Notes: generated by a model from the letters alone, not told the origin. A DNA stretch of 62,472 bases from Acidimicrobiia bacterium (GCA_030066875.1 JASJAS010000008.1:1-62472); one strand, 5' to 3'; shown: positions 21,859 to 31,513, counted from the first letter of the stretch. Made by a program: numbers and translations.

Positions 21859-22236
21859 ATGCTGTACAGGGCAGCATTCGATTTTCGGGTGACTCGACGA
21901 ATCGAATGGGCCGACGATTTAGCCGCGTTTCACGGGCACATTGAGCAGGTTCGGCAACGCATCGCTGACCGCAAGATCACCGACGATGTCCGCGTTATGG
22001 CCGACATCGGAGAGTCGACGCTCACCCTCGACTTCCTCATCGAGGGACAGGACGAGAGTTCCGCGGAGATGGAAGCGCTGGCCGTCGTCAGCTTGGCCAT
22101 TCGGGAATGTGGAGCTCGCCACGTCGGTCTGTACCCGATCGTGGAGGAACGTCGCCTGCGGTCGCGCGTGAACGCCTTCTCGGGATTACGGACACCACGA
22201 TGGGAACCGCGCCGGATACTGATTGCCGCCGCCTGA
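21859..22236 (+). CDS. Hypothetical protein (125 aa)
   Basis: GGGGAG RBS before ATG 21859; fills the gap between tpiA and gpmA; no family recognised. Confidence 0.6.
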   Translation: MLYRAAFDFRVTRRIEWADDLAAFHGHIEQVRQRIADRKITDDVRVMADIGESTLTLDFLIEGQDESSAEMEALAVVSLAIRECGARHVGLYPIVEERRLRSRVNAFSGLRTPRWEPRRILIAAA

Positions 22237-22318
22237 GCATCTGGCAACCGTCGGTATCGACGATCTATGACGTTTTCTCGTCCTCCGCTAGCTTTGAAGC
22301 AGCCTACGAGGAGCATCT

Positions 22319-23059
22319 ATGACGCAGCTCGTTCTTCTTCGCCACGGACAATCGACCTGGAATCTCGAGAACGTCTTCACCGGTTGGACGGACGTACCGC
22401 TCTCAGACAAGGGGGTTGCCGAAGCCCGATCCGCCGGCCAGATCATGAAGGAGGAAGGCTTCGCCTTTGATGTCGCCCACACGTCGCTTCTGGTGAGGGC
22501 CATCGACACGCTGCATCTCGCCCTCATTGAGATGGGCCAAGCTTGGATTCCGGTCGTCAAGCACTGGCGTCTCAACGAGCGTCATTATGGAGCCCTCCAG
22601 GGTCTCAACAAGAAGCAGACCGCAGAGCAGCACGGCAAAGAGCAGGTCCACATGTGGCGTCGTTCATACTCGACGCCGCCTCCCGCGCTGGATCCAATGG
22701 ACGAGCGCCACCCCGGTAACGATCCGCGGTACTCCTGGATGCCGCCGGATCTGCTCCCCGCTACGGAGTGCCTGGAGGATGTCGTCGACCGCATGCTGCC
22801 GTATTGGCACGACGCCATCGTTCCGGACCTGCGGGAAGGAAAGACTGTCTTGGTTGCCGCACATGGGAACAGCCTCCGTGCGCTGGTCAAACACCTCGAC
22901 GACATCTCAGATGAAGAGATCCCCGACCTGAACATCCCCACCGGAATGCCGTTGCTCTATGAGCTGGATGCGGATTTGAGGCCGGTTGCCAGCCGCTACC
23001 TCGGTGATGCAGAAGCCGCGGCCGCGGCCGCGGAAGCGGTAGCCAAGCAGGCCGGTTGA
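22319..23059 (+). CDS. gpmA: 2,3-bisphosphoglycerate-dependent phosphoglycerate mutase
   Basis: [44 protein letters not shown]. Confidence 0.98.
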   Translation: MTQLVLLRHGQSTWNLENVFTGWTDVPLSDKGVAEARSAGQIMKEEGFAFDVAHTSLLVRAIDTLHLALIEMGQAWIPVVKHWRLNERHYGALQGLNKKQTAEQHGKEQVHMWRRSYSTPPPALDPMDERHPGNDPRYSWMPPDLLPATECLEDVVDRMLPYWHDAIVPDLREGKTVLVAAHGNSLRALVKHLDDISDEEIPDLNIPTGMPLLYELDADLRPVASRYLGDAEAAAAAAEAVAKQAG

Positions 23060-23171
23060 CCCGTCACCTGGAATATGCTGTCTCGCGAGACTTGATTCAA
23101 TCCGCGAGGTGCTCCATACTTCTCCGCTGGTGGGCCCGCAACCGCGGGTCCAGTGTCAGAAAGGCAGGCTC

Positions 23172-23399
23172 TTGGCTTCGGTTGTCGCAGCAATTCACGC
23201 GCTCGTGTCGCTCGGCCTCATCTTTCTCATCCTGCTTCATGCTGGACGTGGCGGAGGGCTGTCCGACATGTTCGGTGGAGGTATGAGCAGCGGCTTTTCC
23301 GGGTCGAACGTGGTCGAGAGAAACCTCGACCGCATCACAGTCGTCGCATCTGTCGTCTTTGCGATAACGACTGTCACGCTGACGTTCATGTGGCGCTAG
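23172..23399 (+). CDS. secG: Preprotein translocase subunit SecG
   Basis: ILLHAGRGGGLSDMFGGG...VERNLDRIT, two TM helices; start set at TTG 23172. Confidence 0.93.
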   Translation: MASVVAAIHALVSLGLIFLILLHAGRGGGLSDMFGGGMSSGFSGSNVVERNLDRITVVASVVFAITTVTLTFMWR

Positions 23400-23446
23400 G
23401 GCGTCGCCACTAGGAGCCGCTGCGAGGGGTCGGAGGAGGCAGCACC

Positions 23447-25246
23447 TTGAACCGAGCGTGGCGTGGCCGCACCGCGGTGTGGCTGGGCTTCTTCGCGGTT
23501 GCATTGCTTGTCGCCGCCTGCGACGACTCGCCGGGTGCTGAGTCGTCACTCACGACTTCGCCGACGACCACCGCCGCGCCGCAACCGGTGACCTCAGCGC
23601 CGACGACGACCACCCTTGCCGAAACGACCACGACCCCGGCACCAAACCTGAAGCCAACCGGAGGAGAGGCGGTCATCGGTCTTACTCGGGACCAAGAGCC
23701 ACCGACGTTGAACCCCTTCCAACCGGGCGGCGACAAGCTCGTCGTAGCAATGATCGGCCAGGCCTATCTGACGGGTGTCTACGACATCGACGGCGTCACG
23801 CTCGAGCTCGTCCCCGAGGTCGTCACCGAACTGCCGTCCGTCGACAACGGCGGAGTTGTTATCAACGAAGACGGTTCCATGACGGTGCAGTACACCATCC
23901 GCGAGGAAGCCCGCTGGGCAGACGGTACGCCGATAAGCGGTGACGACTTCGAGTTCACTCTCCAGACCATCCTCGACCCGAACCTCCCGATCAACAAGGA
24001 CGTCTATCAGGACATCGTTGGCTACGAGGCCGGCAGGAAGAGCTTCCGGTTCACGTTGGTGGCGCCGACGGTCAGATATGAGCTGCTATTCGGCACGATC
24101 CTCCCCAAACACGACGTGGAGGGTTCCGACTTCGAGAACGACTGGAACGACAGCATCTGGGTCTCCGGCGGTCCCTTTGTGTTCGAGTCGTGGGAGAAAG
24201 GTCAGGCAATCCGGCTGGTTCGCAACGAGAACTACTGGAAGATTGACGAGGAATCCGGTTTGGATCTGCCTTTCCTCGACGGTCTGCGTTTCCAGTTCGT
24301 GGAGGACAACGAGTCGTTGGTTGCCAGATTCAAAGGCCGGATTCTCGATGTAGTTCGCCCGCCCAATTCGGCTATTCCCGAGCTGCATGAACTCGAGGCA
24401 GAGGGCATTGTGGTGGAGGCGCTGAGCGGCACCCTGTGGGAGCACCTGAACTTCCAGTTCGGGCCGGGTCGCTTCGAACGCAATCCGGCGTCGGCCAATG
24501 AGAACGTGGACTATCGCCGAGCCGTGGCCCACGCCATCGACCGCCAACGCATTGTGGACGAATTGGTCGGAGAGGGGGCTGTTCCATTGCAGTCATTCGT
24601 CGGGCAGTACATACCGGTGGCACCCGAAATGACGTGGGAGAAGTATGGGTACGACGTTGCGCTTGCTCGGGAGTATGCGATCGCCGCGTGGACGGACCTC
24701 GGGGTCGAACAACTGACGACGGTCTTTACGACAACGTCGAACGTGGACGAACGGGTCCGTATCTCTGAACTACTCGCCGAAATGATGGCTGAGGTCGGCA
24801 TTGTCTATGAGAACCAGCTCGAGATATCGCAACTCTTCTTCGACGAGACGCTCCGCGCAGGCACCTGGGACCTCGGGCAGTGGGCCTGGAATGGGGGGCC
24901 CGGATTCTCCGGACTGCTTGGTGTGCTCAACGAGTTCGATCCGGCGGCGGCACCCGGCGTCGGATTCAACTATTACCGGTGGGGGACGGAGGAGTCATCT
25001 GTGGTCAACGAGTTCACAGAGCGCTACTCCGAGATTCTCGCCGCCCTCAGCTCATCGATCGATCCTGACGTAGTCGAACCGCTGGCGCGCGAGGCCGAGG
25101 GCATCCTCGCCGACCAGGTCGTGATCATTCCGCTGTACGCCCGAATCGACGCTGCAGCGGTGTGGGCGGACACCATCGGCGGGTTCAAACACAACCCGAC
25201 CGCGGCGACGCTCACTTGGAATGTGGAGGACTGGTATCACCTCTGA
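23447..25246 (+). CDS. Family 5 (peptide/nickel) ABC substrate-binding lipoprotein, canonical domain order
   Basis: Lipobox LVAAC, Thr-rich linker, DQEPPTLNP, YTIREEARWADGTPISGDDF, SGGPF, RNENYW, WEHLNF, terminal WNVEDW. Confidence 0.93.
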   Translation: MNRAWRGRTAVWLGFFAVALLVAACDDSPGAESSLTTSPTTTAAPQPVTSAPTTTTLAETTTTPAPNLKPTGGEAVIGLTRDQEPPTLNPFQPGGDKLVVAMIGQAYLTGVYDIDGVTLELVPEVVTELPSVDNGGVVINEDGSMTVQYTIREEARWADGTPISGDDFEFTLQTILDPNLPINKDVYQDIVGYEAGRKSFRFTLVAPTVRYELLFGTILPKHDVEGSDFENDWNDSIWVSGGPFVFESWEKGQAIRLVRNENYWKIDEESGLDLPFLDGLRFQFVEDNESLVARFKGRILDVVRPPNSAIPELHELEAEGIVVEALSGTLWEHLNFQFGPGRFERNPASANENVDYRRAVAHAIDRQRIVDELVGEGAVPLQSFVGQYIPVAPEMTWEKYGYDVALAREYAIAAWTDLGVEQLTTVFTTTSNVDERVRISELLAEMMAEVGIVYENQLEISQLFFDETLRAGTWDLGQWAWNGGPGFSGLLGVLNEFDPAAAPGVGFNYYRWGTEESSVVNEFTERYSEILAALSSSIDPDVVEPLAREAEGILADQVVIIPLYARIDAAAVWADTIGGFKHNPTAATLTWNVEDWYHL

Positions 25247-25274
25247 TTACACACTGGGAACCGTGCTCCCGAGG

Positions 25275-25313
25275 AGGGTGTTGAAGCCGGACATTCTCCG
25301 CTATCAACACCCT
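25275..25313 (+). other. Long stem-loop between the two SBP genes (terminator or stabiliser)
   Basis: AGGGTGTTGA...TCAACACCCT perfect 10 bp stem, extended by AGC(C)GGA-CATTC-TCCGCT. Confidence 0.55.
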
Positions 25314-25441
25314 GTATGACCCTGTCAGAAAATGGCTGGGCAGAGCTTTGCGTTTTTATTCAGCAGCGTTAGCCTGCACCATTAGCTGGCCCCATTCGGG
25401 CCAGACTTCGCGAACTGTTCTCGTATGGAGGAGACAGAATC

Positions 25442-27205
25442 TTGAGAAAACCGAACCTGGTATGGCGCTTGCTCGCCATCCTCGCCGTGTTCAGTCTCAT
25501 TGTCGCTGCGTGTGGCGACGATGACGAGGGCACCGGCGAAACCACAACTGCTGCGCCGACGACGACGGAGGCACCGACGACGACTGCAGCACCGACCACG
25601 ACGACGACCACCACGTTGCCAGAGCCAGAAGGGCAAGCACCGGTGGAAGGCGCCGCGATGTCGGTGACTTACAACATCCACCCGGATGCAACGTGGTCTG
25701 ATGGTGTTGCTGTGACGGCTGCAGACTTCGCGTTCTCCCATGAGATCATCATGAACCCGGACCTCGACATTCTGTCGCGGGAGGGGAACAACAAGATCAT
25801 CAATTGGGAGATCATCGACGACAAGACGATCCGTTTCGACTTCGGTGAGGTCTACGCCCCGTGGCAGACCCTGTGGGCGACCACCGGCATCCTTCCTGAG
25901 CACGAGCTCGATGGCAAAGACTTCGACTCGTACTGGGATGAGCAGATCACTCTTGGTTCCGGCCCGTTCATCTTCAAGGAGTGGGTGAAGGACCAACAGA
26001 TCGTTCTCGAGCGGAACCCGAACTACTGGCGCGACACGTTTGTAGACGGCACGCCGGTTGGTGACGTGCAGACGATCATCATCCCGTTCCTCGAGGATTC
26101 GCAGACCCAGGTCCAGGCTCTCCGTGGCCGCGAGATCGATATGTTCTATCCGCAGCCGCAGCTCGACCTCGTCGAGCAGGTAGCAGGGATCGAAGGTGTG
26201 ACATCCGAGGCCGGGCTCGGCCCGGTGTGGGAGCACTTCGACTTCAACCACTCGGATCCGCTGCTGTCGCAGACGTTCATTCGCCAGGCGATCGCCAAGG
26301 GCATTGATCGGGCTGCGATCGTTGAGGCGATCATCCAGCCGCTAGCGCCGGCCGCGGTGCCGCTGAACAACTCGATCTGGATGAACGGAACTGCGTTCTA
26401 TCAGGACCATTTCAGCCAGTTCGACTATGACCCGGTGGGTGCCGAAGCCCTGCTGACGGACAACGGCTGCGCCAAGGGCGGCGACGGTGTATATGAGTGC
26501 GGTGGCGAGCGGCTGTCCTTCACCTGGACGACCACCGCCGGCAATGAAGCACGTGAGCTGCAGTTCGAGATCGCTCAGCAGCAGCTGGCCCAGATCGGCA
26601 TCGAGGTGACGCCGAAGTTTGGTCCTGCGAGCGAGGTGTTCGCCGATGAGAACTTCTACGGCGACAACTCCGCATGGCAGGTCTTCAACTTCGCCTGGGT
26701 TGGAAGCCCGGACCCGGCCGGTAGCAACACCCTCTACTACTGCGAAGGTGATGCTCCCAACGGCTTCGGTTCGATCAACAACCTGCGGTACTGCGATGAG
26801 GAAGTTGATGCCCTTATCCGCTCAACCGACGGTCTGGTCGATCCCGCCGCACGCGCTGCTGCCTACAACGAGGCAGATGAGATGTGGCTCGCCGAGGTTC
26901 CGCTGATCCCGATGTATCAGAAGCCGACCTTCTTCGCCTGGTACACCGACATCGTCGGTCCCGCGGACAACGCCACTCAGGTGGGTCCGATGTGGAACGT
27001 TGAGGCCTGGACCGGGGCCGAGCAGATCGTGTTCGGTGCTGACCAGCAGCCGGATAGCTTGAATCAGTACACCCCGGACGGAAACCTGTTTGCCGCCACC
27101 CTCGTGGCCGGCGCAGTCCAGCAGGGTGCGTACACGATCCTTCCGGACTTCTCATACGTCCCGAACCTGATCGAGTCGGCCGACGTTACTCTCTACGAGG
27201 AGTAA
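25442..27205 (+). CDS. Family 5 ABC substrate-binding lipoprotein, circularly permuted
   Basis: Lipobox IVAAC, Thr-rich linker, then directly YNIHPDATWSDG; the usual N-terminal segment (IVFGADQQPDSLN...GAY...PDFSYVPNL) follows WNVEAW at the C terminus; TTG start with GGAGGA RBS. Confidence 0.9.
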   Translation: MRKPNLVWRLLAILAVFSLIVAACGDDDEGTGETTTAAPTTTEAPTTTAAPTTTTTTTLPEPEGQAPVEGAAMSVTYNIHPDATWSDGVAVTAADFAFSHEIIMNPDLDILSREGNNKIINWEIIDDKTIRFDFGEVYAPWQTLWATTGILPEHELDGKDFDSYWDEQITLGSGPFIFKEWVKDQQIVLERNPNYWRDTFVDGTPVGDVQTIIIPFLEDSQTQVQALRGREIDMFYPQPQLDLVEQVAGIEGVTSEAGLGPVWEHFDFNHSDPLLSQTFIRQAIAKGIDRAAIVEAIIQPLAPAAVPLNNSIWMNGTAFYQDHFSQFDYDPVGAEALLTDNGCAKGGDGVYECGGERLSFTWTTTAGNEARELQFEIAQQQLAQIGIEVTPKFGPASEVFADENFYGDNSAWQVFNFAWVGSPDPAGSNTLYYCEGDAPNGFGSINNLRYCDEEVDALIRSTDGLVDPAARAAAYNEADEMWLAEVPLIPMYQKPTFFAWYTDIVGPADNATQVGPMWNVEAWTGAEQIVFGADQQPDSLNQYTPDGNLFAATLVAGAVQQGAYTILPDFSYVPNLIESADVTLYEE

Positions 27206-27236
27206 TCGAAGCACGACGAGACGCTAGATAGTGCGC

Positions 27237-27266
27237 ATTGAAGGGGGCCTCCGGGCCCCCTTCAAT
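27237..27266 (+). terminator. 13 bp hairpin between the SBP and the permease (partial terminator or 3' stabiliser)
   Basis: ATTGAAGGGGGCC-TCCG-GGCCCCCTTCAAT, perfect stem, no U tract. Confidence 0.75.
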
Positions 27267-27364
27267 CGCGATTCAAGTCGGTCTTCCGATGGTCGCCCTG
27301 GGCTGACGATGCCCTCGCTGGGCCGCTAAGCTGCACCGCGCACGTCGATCATCGGGAGGCGACC

Positions 27365-28330
27365 ATCGGGACTTACATAATCCGTCGGCTGCTGTACAGC
27401 ATTCCCGTGCTGGTGATAGCTACGATGCTCATCTTCTTTGGGATGTCCCTCGTCACCGACCCGATTTCCCAGATCCGCCTGGTGCCCGATGTCAGCCAAC
27501 AGACCATCCAGAACATCGTCGATCGGAAGCACTTGGATGACCCGGTCATCGTGCAATATGGGTTCTGGCTGAAGGACGTCTTCACCAATCAGTTTGGTAC
27601 CACCATGCTGGGCGACAAGCCGATCTGGCCCGACCTGAGCCGGGCCATGTGGCAGACCGCCCAGCTCGTACTGGTTGCGGAGTTCATCGCCGTGGCCATC
27701 GCAATCGTGCTCGGTGTCCTGGCCGCCAAGAAGCAATACTCGTTCTTCGACTACGCCACCACCACCATCAGCTTCTTCGGCTTCTCCGTCCCGATCTTCT
27801 GGTTCGCGCTGATCCTGCAATGGCTGACGGTGAGCCTGTTCCTGGCCACAGGCTTCCGATTAGCCTATACCTTCGGACTCAGTTCGCCGGACCCGGCGAA
27901 CTGGTTCATCGATCGACTCCAGCACATGATCCTGCCGGTGACCGCGCTGGCGTATGTGAGCATCGCCCAGTACAGCCGCTACATGCGGTCGTCGATGCTC
28001 GATGTGCTCCACTCCGACTATGTGCGGACGGCAAAAGCCAAAGGCCTCAGCGACCGGACTGTGACGATGAAGCACGCCCTGCGAAACGCGTTGATCCCGC
28101 TCGTGACCGTTGTCGCATTGAACGTGGGAGCACTGCTGGGCGGGGTTGTGATCACGGAGACCATCTTCGCCTGGCCCGGCATGGGCAAGTTGTTCATCAC
28201 CGCGTTGGCGCGCGCTGAGCTCTATACGCTGATGGCTTGGATGCTCGTGGCCGGGGTGATCATCATCGTGTTCAACTTGCTGGCGGACATACTGTACGCG
28301 GCTCTCGACCCACGGATTCGTTATGAGTGA
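27365..28330 (+). CDS. oppB: OppB/DppB-type ABC permease
   Basis: xGTYIIRRLLYSIPVL N terminus, EAA loop SDYVRTAKAKGL, TIFAWPGMG, LDPRIR; homology extends upstream to ATC 27365 (first standard start is GTG 27407). Confidence 0.93.
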   Translation: MGTYIIRRLLYSIPVLVIATMLIFFGMSLVTDPISQIRLVPDVSQQTIQNIVDRKHLDDPVIVQYGFWLKDVFTNQFGTTMLGDKPIWPDLSRAMWQTAQLVLVAEFIAVAIAIVLGVLAAKKQYSFFDYATTTISFFGFSVPIFWFALILQWLTVSLFLATGFRLAYTFGLSSPDPANWFIDRLQHMILPVTALAYVSIAQYSRYMRSSMLDVLHSDYVRTAKAKGLSDRTVTMKHALRNALIPLVTVVALNVGALLGGVVITETIFAWPGMGKLFITALARAELYTLMAWMLVAGVIIIVFNLLADILYAALDPRIRYE

Positions 28331-29372
28331 TCGACATGACCCCGGCCGGCCCATCCACACCAAGGGTGCCGACGACCTCGCCGAGACGGAAGGCGCGACC
28401 GAGGCCTGGACAGAGCTAGCCGGCGGCAAGACGCCACCGGCGGCCGTTGAACGCCCCGCAACCGACTTGGAGGCCCGCCTCGAAGCCGAGCTGCTACGGG
28501 AAGGGCTCGAGGTCGAGCACCTCACCCAGTGGCAGCTGATCCGGCGGAAGTTCCTTCAGCACAAACTCGCGGTGGTGAGCCTGATCGTCCTCGTGATCAT
28601 CATCCTTGCCGGCGTATTTGCCGGGACCATTGCCCCGTACGGATTCGAGGAGATCGATCTACAGAACCGCTCGCAGGCGCCGACCCTCGACGGGTTCCAC
28701 ATCATGGGGACCGACAAGATAGGGCGGGACTACTTCTCGCGCGTGCTGTTCGGCACCCGAACCTCGCTGATCGTTGCGAGCATCGTGGCCGGTGTATCCA
28801 CCCTGATCGGGACCGTCGTCGGCGGTCTGGCCGGCTACATGGGGGGAAGGACCGACAACTGGCTGATGCGGCTCACCGACCTGTTCCTCACACTGCCGGG
28901 ACTTGCGATTCTGCTCATCCTGTCAGCATTCCTTGGGCAGGGCTCGCCCATCCGGGTGGCCTTCATCCTGGCCTTCCTCTTCTGGACGGCCACCGCACGC
29001 ATCGTCCGCGGCGTGTTCCTGTCTTTGAGGGAGAAGGAGTTCGTCGAAGCGGCCAAGGCTGCCGGCGCCTCGGACGGGCGGATCATCTTCCGTCACATCC
29101 TTCCCAACGCCATGGGTCCGATCATCGTTTCGATGACCCTGACGGTGGCCACTGCGATCCTGGTCGAGGCGGCACTGTCCTTCCTCGGGTTTGGGATCCA
29201 GCCGCCCAATCCAGCACTTGGCAAGCTCATCGCGGACGGGCAGGATTCGATGACAACCCAGTGGTGGCTGGTCACCATGCCCGGTTTGCTCATCGTGACC
29301 ATCTCGCTGTGTATCAACTTCATCGGTGACGGCTTACGGGACGCCCTCGACCCGACACAGGTGATCTCATGA
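28323..29372 (+). CDS. oppC: OppC/DppC-type ABC permease
   Basis: HIMGTDKIGRDYFSR, EFVEAAKAAGASD, EAALSFLGFG, FIGDGLRDALDP. Confidence 0.95.
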   Translation: MSDRHDPGRPIHTKGADDLAETEGATEAWTELAGGKTPPAAVERPATDLEARLEAELLREGLEVEHLTQWQLIRRKFLQHKLAVVSLIVLVIIILAGVFAGTIAPYGFEEIDLQNRSQAPTLDGFHIMGTDKIGRDYFSRVLFGTRTSLIVASIVAGVSTLIGTVVGGLAGYMGGRTDNWLMRLTDLFLTLPGLAILLILSAFLGQGSPIRVAFILAFLFWTATARIVRGVFLSLREKEFVEAAKAAGASDGRIIFRHILPNAMGPIIVSMTLTVATAILVEAALSFLGFGIQPPNPALGKLIADGQDSMTTQWWLVTMPGLLIVTISLCINFIGDGLRDALDPTQVIS

Positions 29373-30427
29373 CGCAAGCGGCTCTCAAACTCTCAGATCT
29401 AACAGTCGAGTTCGACACCGTCGATGGCGTGGTCCATGCGGTTGACGGTGTCAGTTACGAGGTGTATCCCGGTGAGGTACTCGCCGTTGTCGGTGAGTCC
29501 GGCTCCGGCAAGAGCGTCACGTACCTGGCGGTGATGGGACTGCTCCCGAAGCCGGCCGGTCGTGTAACGAAGGGCGAGGTTTGGTTCGAAGGCGAGAACC
29601 TCGTTGGACTGACCGACAAGGAAATGGAGCACATACGCGGCAACCGGATGGCCATGGTCTTCCAGGACCCCATGACGTCGCTCAATCCGGTCTTCACTGT
29701 TGGCTACCAGCTTGCCGAAGCGCTGCAGACCCACAATCCGGACATGTCGGATGAGGCTGCCAAAGATCGGGCGGTGTATCTGTTGTCCGCAGTCGGTGTG
29801 CCCGAACCTGAGACCAGGTTCGACCAATACCCTCACGAATACTCGGGCGGCATGCGGCAACGGGCCATGATCGCCATGGCAATGGCCAACGAACCGGCAC
29901 TGCTCATCGCTGACGAACCAACGACTGCGCTCGATGTGACCATCCAGGCGCAAGTGATCGAGGTGATGAAGACCGCGCAGCGGGAAACCAACGCGGCCAC
30001 CATCCTGATCACGCATGACCTCGGGCTGGTAGCCGAACTGGCCGACCGGGTGGTCGTCATGTACGGCGGCAAGGTCGTCGAGACAGGCACCATCGACGAG
30101 ATCTTCCACTCTCCGCGTCATCCCTACACGCTGGGCTTGATGATGAGCTTGCCTCGGCTCACGGTGAACCTGACCAGGCTGCGGCCGATCCCAGGTCAGC
30201 CGCCGAGCCTGATCAATCGTCCGCCGGGGTGTGCGTTCCACCCCCGCTGTGGCATGTCGGCGGGGAGGGAGATTTGCCGGCAAGAGGTTCCGACCCTGGC
30301 GAGTACCAATGGAGGCGGCCATCACTCGGCCTGCCACTTCTTCACGGAGGTCGCTCGGGAGCTGGAGATGCAGGCTGCGGATCTCGGGATTCAGGCCGAA
30401 GGGGGTGTTCTCGATGACGTCGGCTGA
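29369..30427 (+). CDS. oppD: OppD-type ABC ATP-binding protein
   Basis: GESGSGKS, YPHEYSGGMRQR, ADEPTTALDV, HPYT, Cys-rich oligo_HPY tail. Confidence 0.96.
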   Translation: MTQAALKLSDLTVEFDTVDGVVHAVDGVSYEVYPGEVLAVVGESGSGKSVTYLAVMGLLPKPAGRVTKGEVWFEGENLVGLTDKEMEHIRGNRMAMVFQDPMTSLNPVFTVGYQLAEALQTHNPDMSDEAAKDRAVYLLSAVGVPEPETRFDQYPHEYSGGMRQRAMIAMAMANEPALLIADEPTTALDVTIQAQVIEVMKTAQRETNAATILITHDLGLVAELADRVVVMYGGKVVETGTIDEIFHSPRHPYTLGLMMSLPRLTVNLTRLRPIPGQPPSLINRPPGCAFHPRCGMSAGREICRQEVPTLASTNGGGHHSACHFFTEVARELEMQAADLGIQAEGGVLDDVG

Positions 30428-31448
30428 TACAGAAACGACGCCGACCGCCAATGGCAGCGAGATCATCCGGGCCGAGGATCTGAAGGTGCACTTCCCGATC
30501 ATGGCCGGTATCCGGCGCCACCAGGTGGGGACCGTATACGCCGTCGACGGACTCGATTTCGAAGTCCAGAAAGGCGAGACGCTCGGCCTGGTCGGTGAGT
30601 CGGGATGCGGCAAGTCGACGACGGCCCGGGCAGTGATGCGGCTCAACAACATCACGGAAGGCAAGGTCTACTTCGAGGGCACCGACATCACGAATCTGAG
30701 TCGCAAGGCGATGCGCCCGTTCCGCAAGCGGCTGCAAATAGTGTTCCAGGACCCGTATGCGTCGTTGAATCCGCGGATGACAGTGCATGACATCATTGCC
30801 GAGCCTTTGAAGGTCCATGACGTCGGCACCAAAGAGGAACGCAGTGAGCGGGTTGGGCAGCTGCTCGAGACGGTGCAGCTGAGCCCCGAGCACGGGAACC
30901 GATTCCCGCACGAGTTCTCGGGGGGCCAGCGGCAACGTATCGGTGTTGCTCGAGCCCTGGCCTTGAACCCTGAGGTGATGATCCTGGATGAGCCAGTGTC
31001 GGCGCTCGATGTGTCGATTCAGGCACAGGTGATCAACCTTCTCGAAGCCATTCAGGAGGAGTTCGGGCTCGCCTACCTGTTCATTGCCCACGATCTCTCG
31101 GTGGTTCGTCACATTTGCGACAGGGTCGCCGTGATGTACCTGGGCAAGATCGTGGAGATCGGGCCCCGCGACCAGATCTTCGAGGATCCGAAGCACCCCT
31201 ACACGAAGGCGCTTCTGTCGGCGGTGCCGATCCCGGAGCCGCGCGGCCGCGAGGAGCGAGGTCGTATCGTCTTAGAGGGCGACGTGCCGACGCCCGTGGA
31301 TCCTCCGTCGGGTTGCAGGTTCCGTACTCGGTGCTGGATGGCTCAAGGGATCTGTGCGGAGGAGGAACCCCCGTTGGTTGGCGACGGTCACCGGGCGGCG
31401 TGTCACTTCGTCGACAGCGTCGTGATGCCACCTTCGGTCAAGGCCTGA
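30414..31448 (+). CDS. oppF: OppF-type ABC ATP-binding protein
   Basis: GESGCGKST, FPHEFSGGQRQR, DEPVSALDVS, HPYT, PPSGCRF; start set at ATG 30414. Confidence 0.96.
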   Translation: MTSADTETTPTANGSEIIRAEDLKVHFPIMAGIRRHQVGTVYAVDGLDFEVQKGETLGLVGESGCGKSTTARAVMRLNNITEGKVYFEGTDITNLSRKAMRPFRKRLQIVFQDPYASLNPRMTVHDIIAEPLKVHDVGTKEERSERVGQLLETVQLSPEHGNRFPHEFSGGQRQRIGVARALALNPEVMILDEPVSALDVSIQAQVINLLEAIQEEFGLAYLFIAHDLSVVRHICDRVAVMYLGKIVEIGPRDQIFEDPKHPYTKALLSAVPIPEPRGREERGRIVLEGDVPTPVDPPSGCRFRTRCWMAQGICAEEEPPLVGDGHRAACHFVDSVVMPPSVKA

Positions 31449-31492
31449 GGTCGGGGTCAGGTCGGCGAGATCGGCAGGAACCGGCGGCCGGG

Positions 31493-31498
31493 TATACT
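31493..31498 (+). promoter_or_regulatory. -10 box of the tRNA-Leu promoter
   Basis: TATACT 15 nt upstream of the mature tRNA 5' end. Confidence 0.55.
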
Positions 31499-31513
31499 CT
31501 CGCCGCCGTGCTC

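Noticed and set aside
23550-25620. ACG/ACC-rich tandem repeats in both SBP genes
   Set aside because: In-frame Thr/Pro-rich lipoprotein linkers; not CRISPR or VNTR
29399-31196. 421 aa and 284 aa minus-strand ORFs
   Set aside because: Antisense shadows of oppD and oppF
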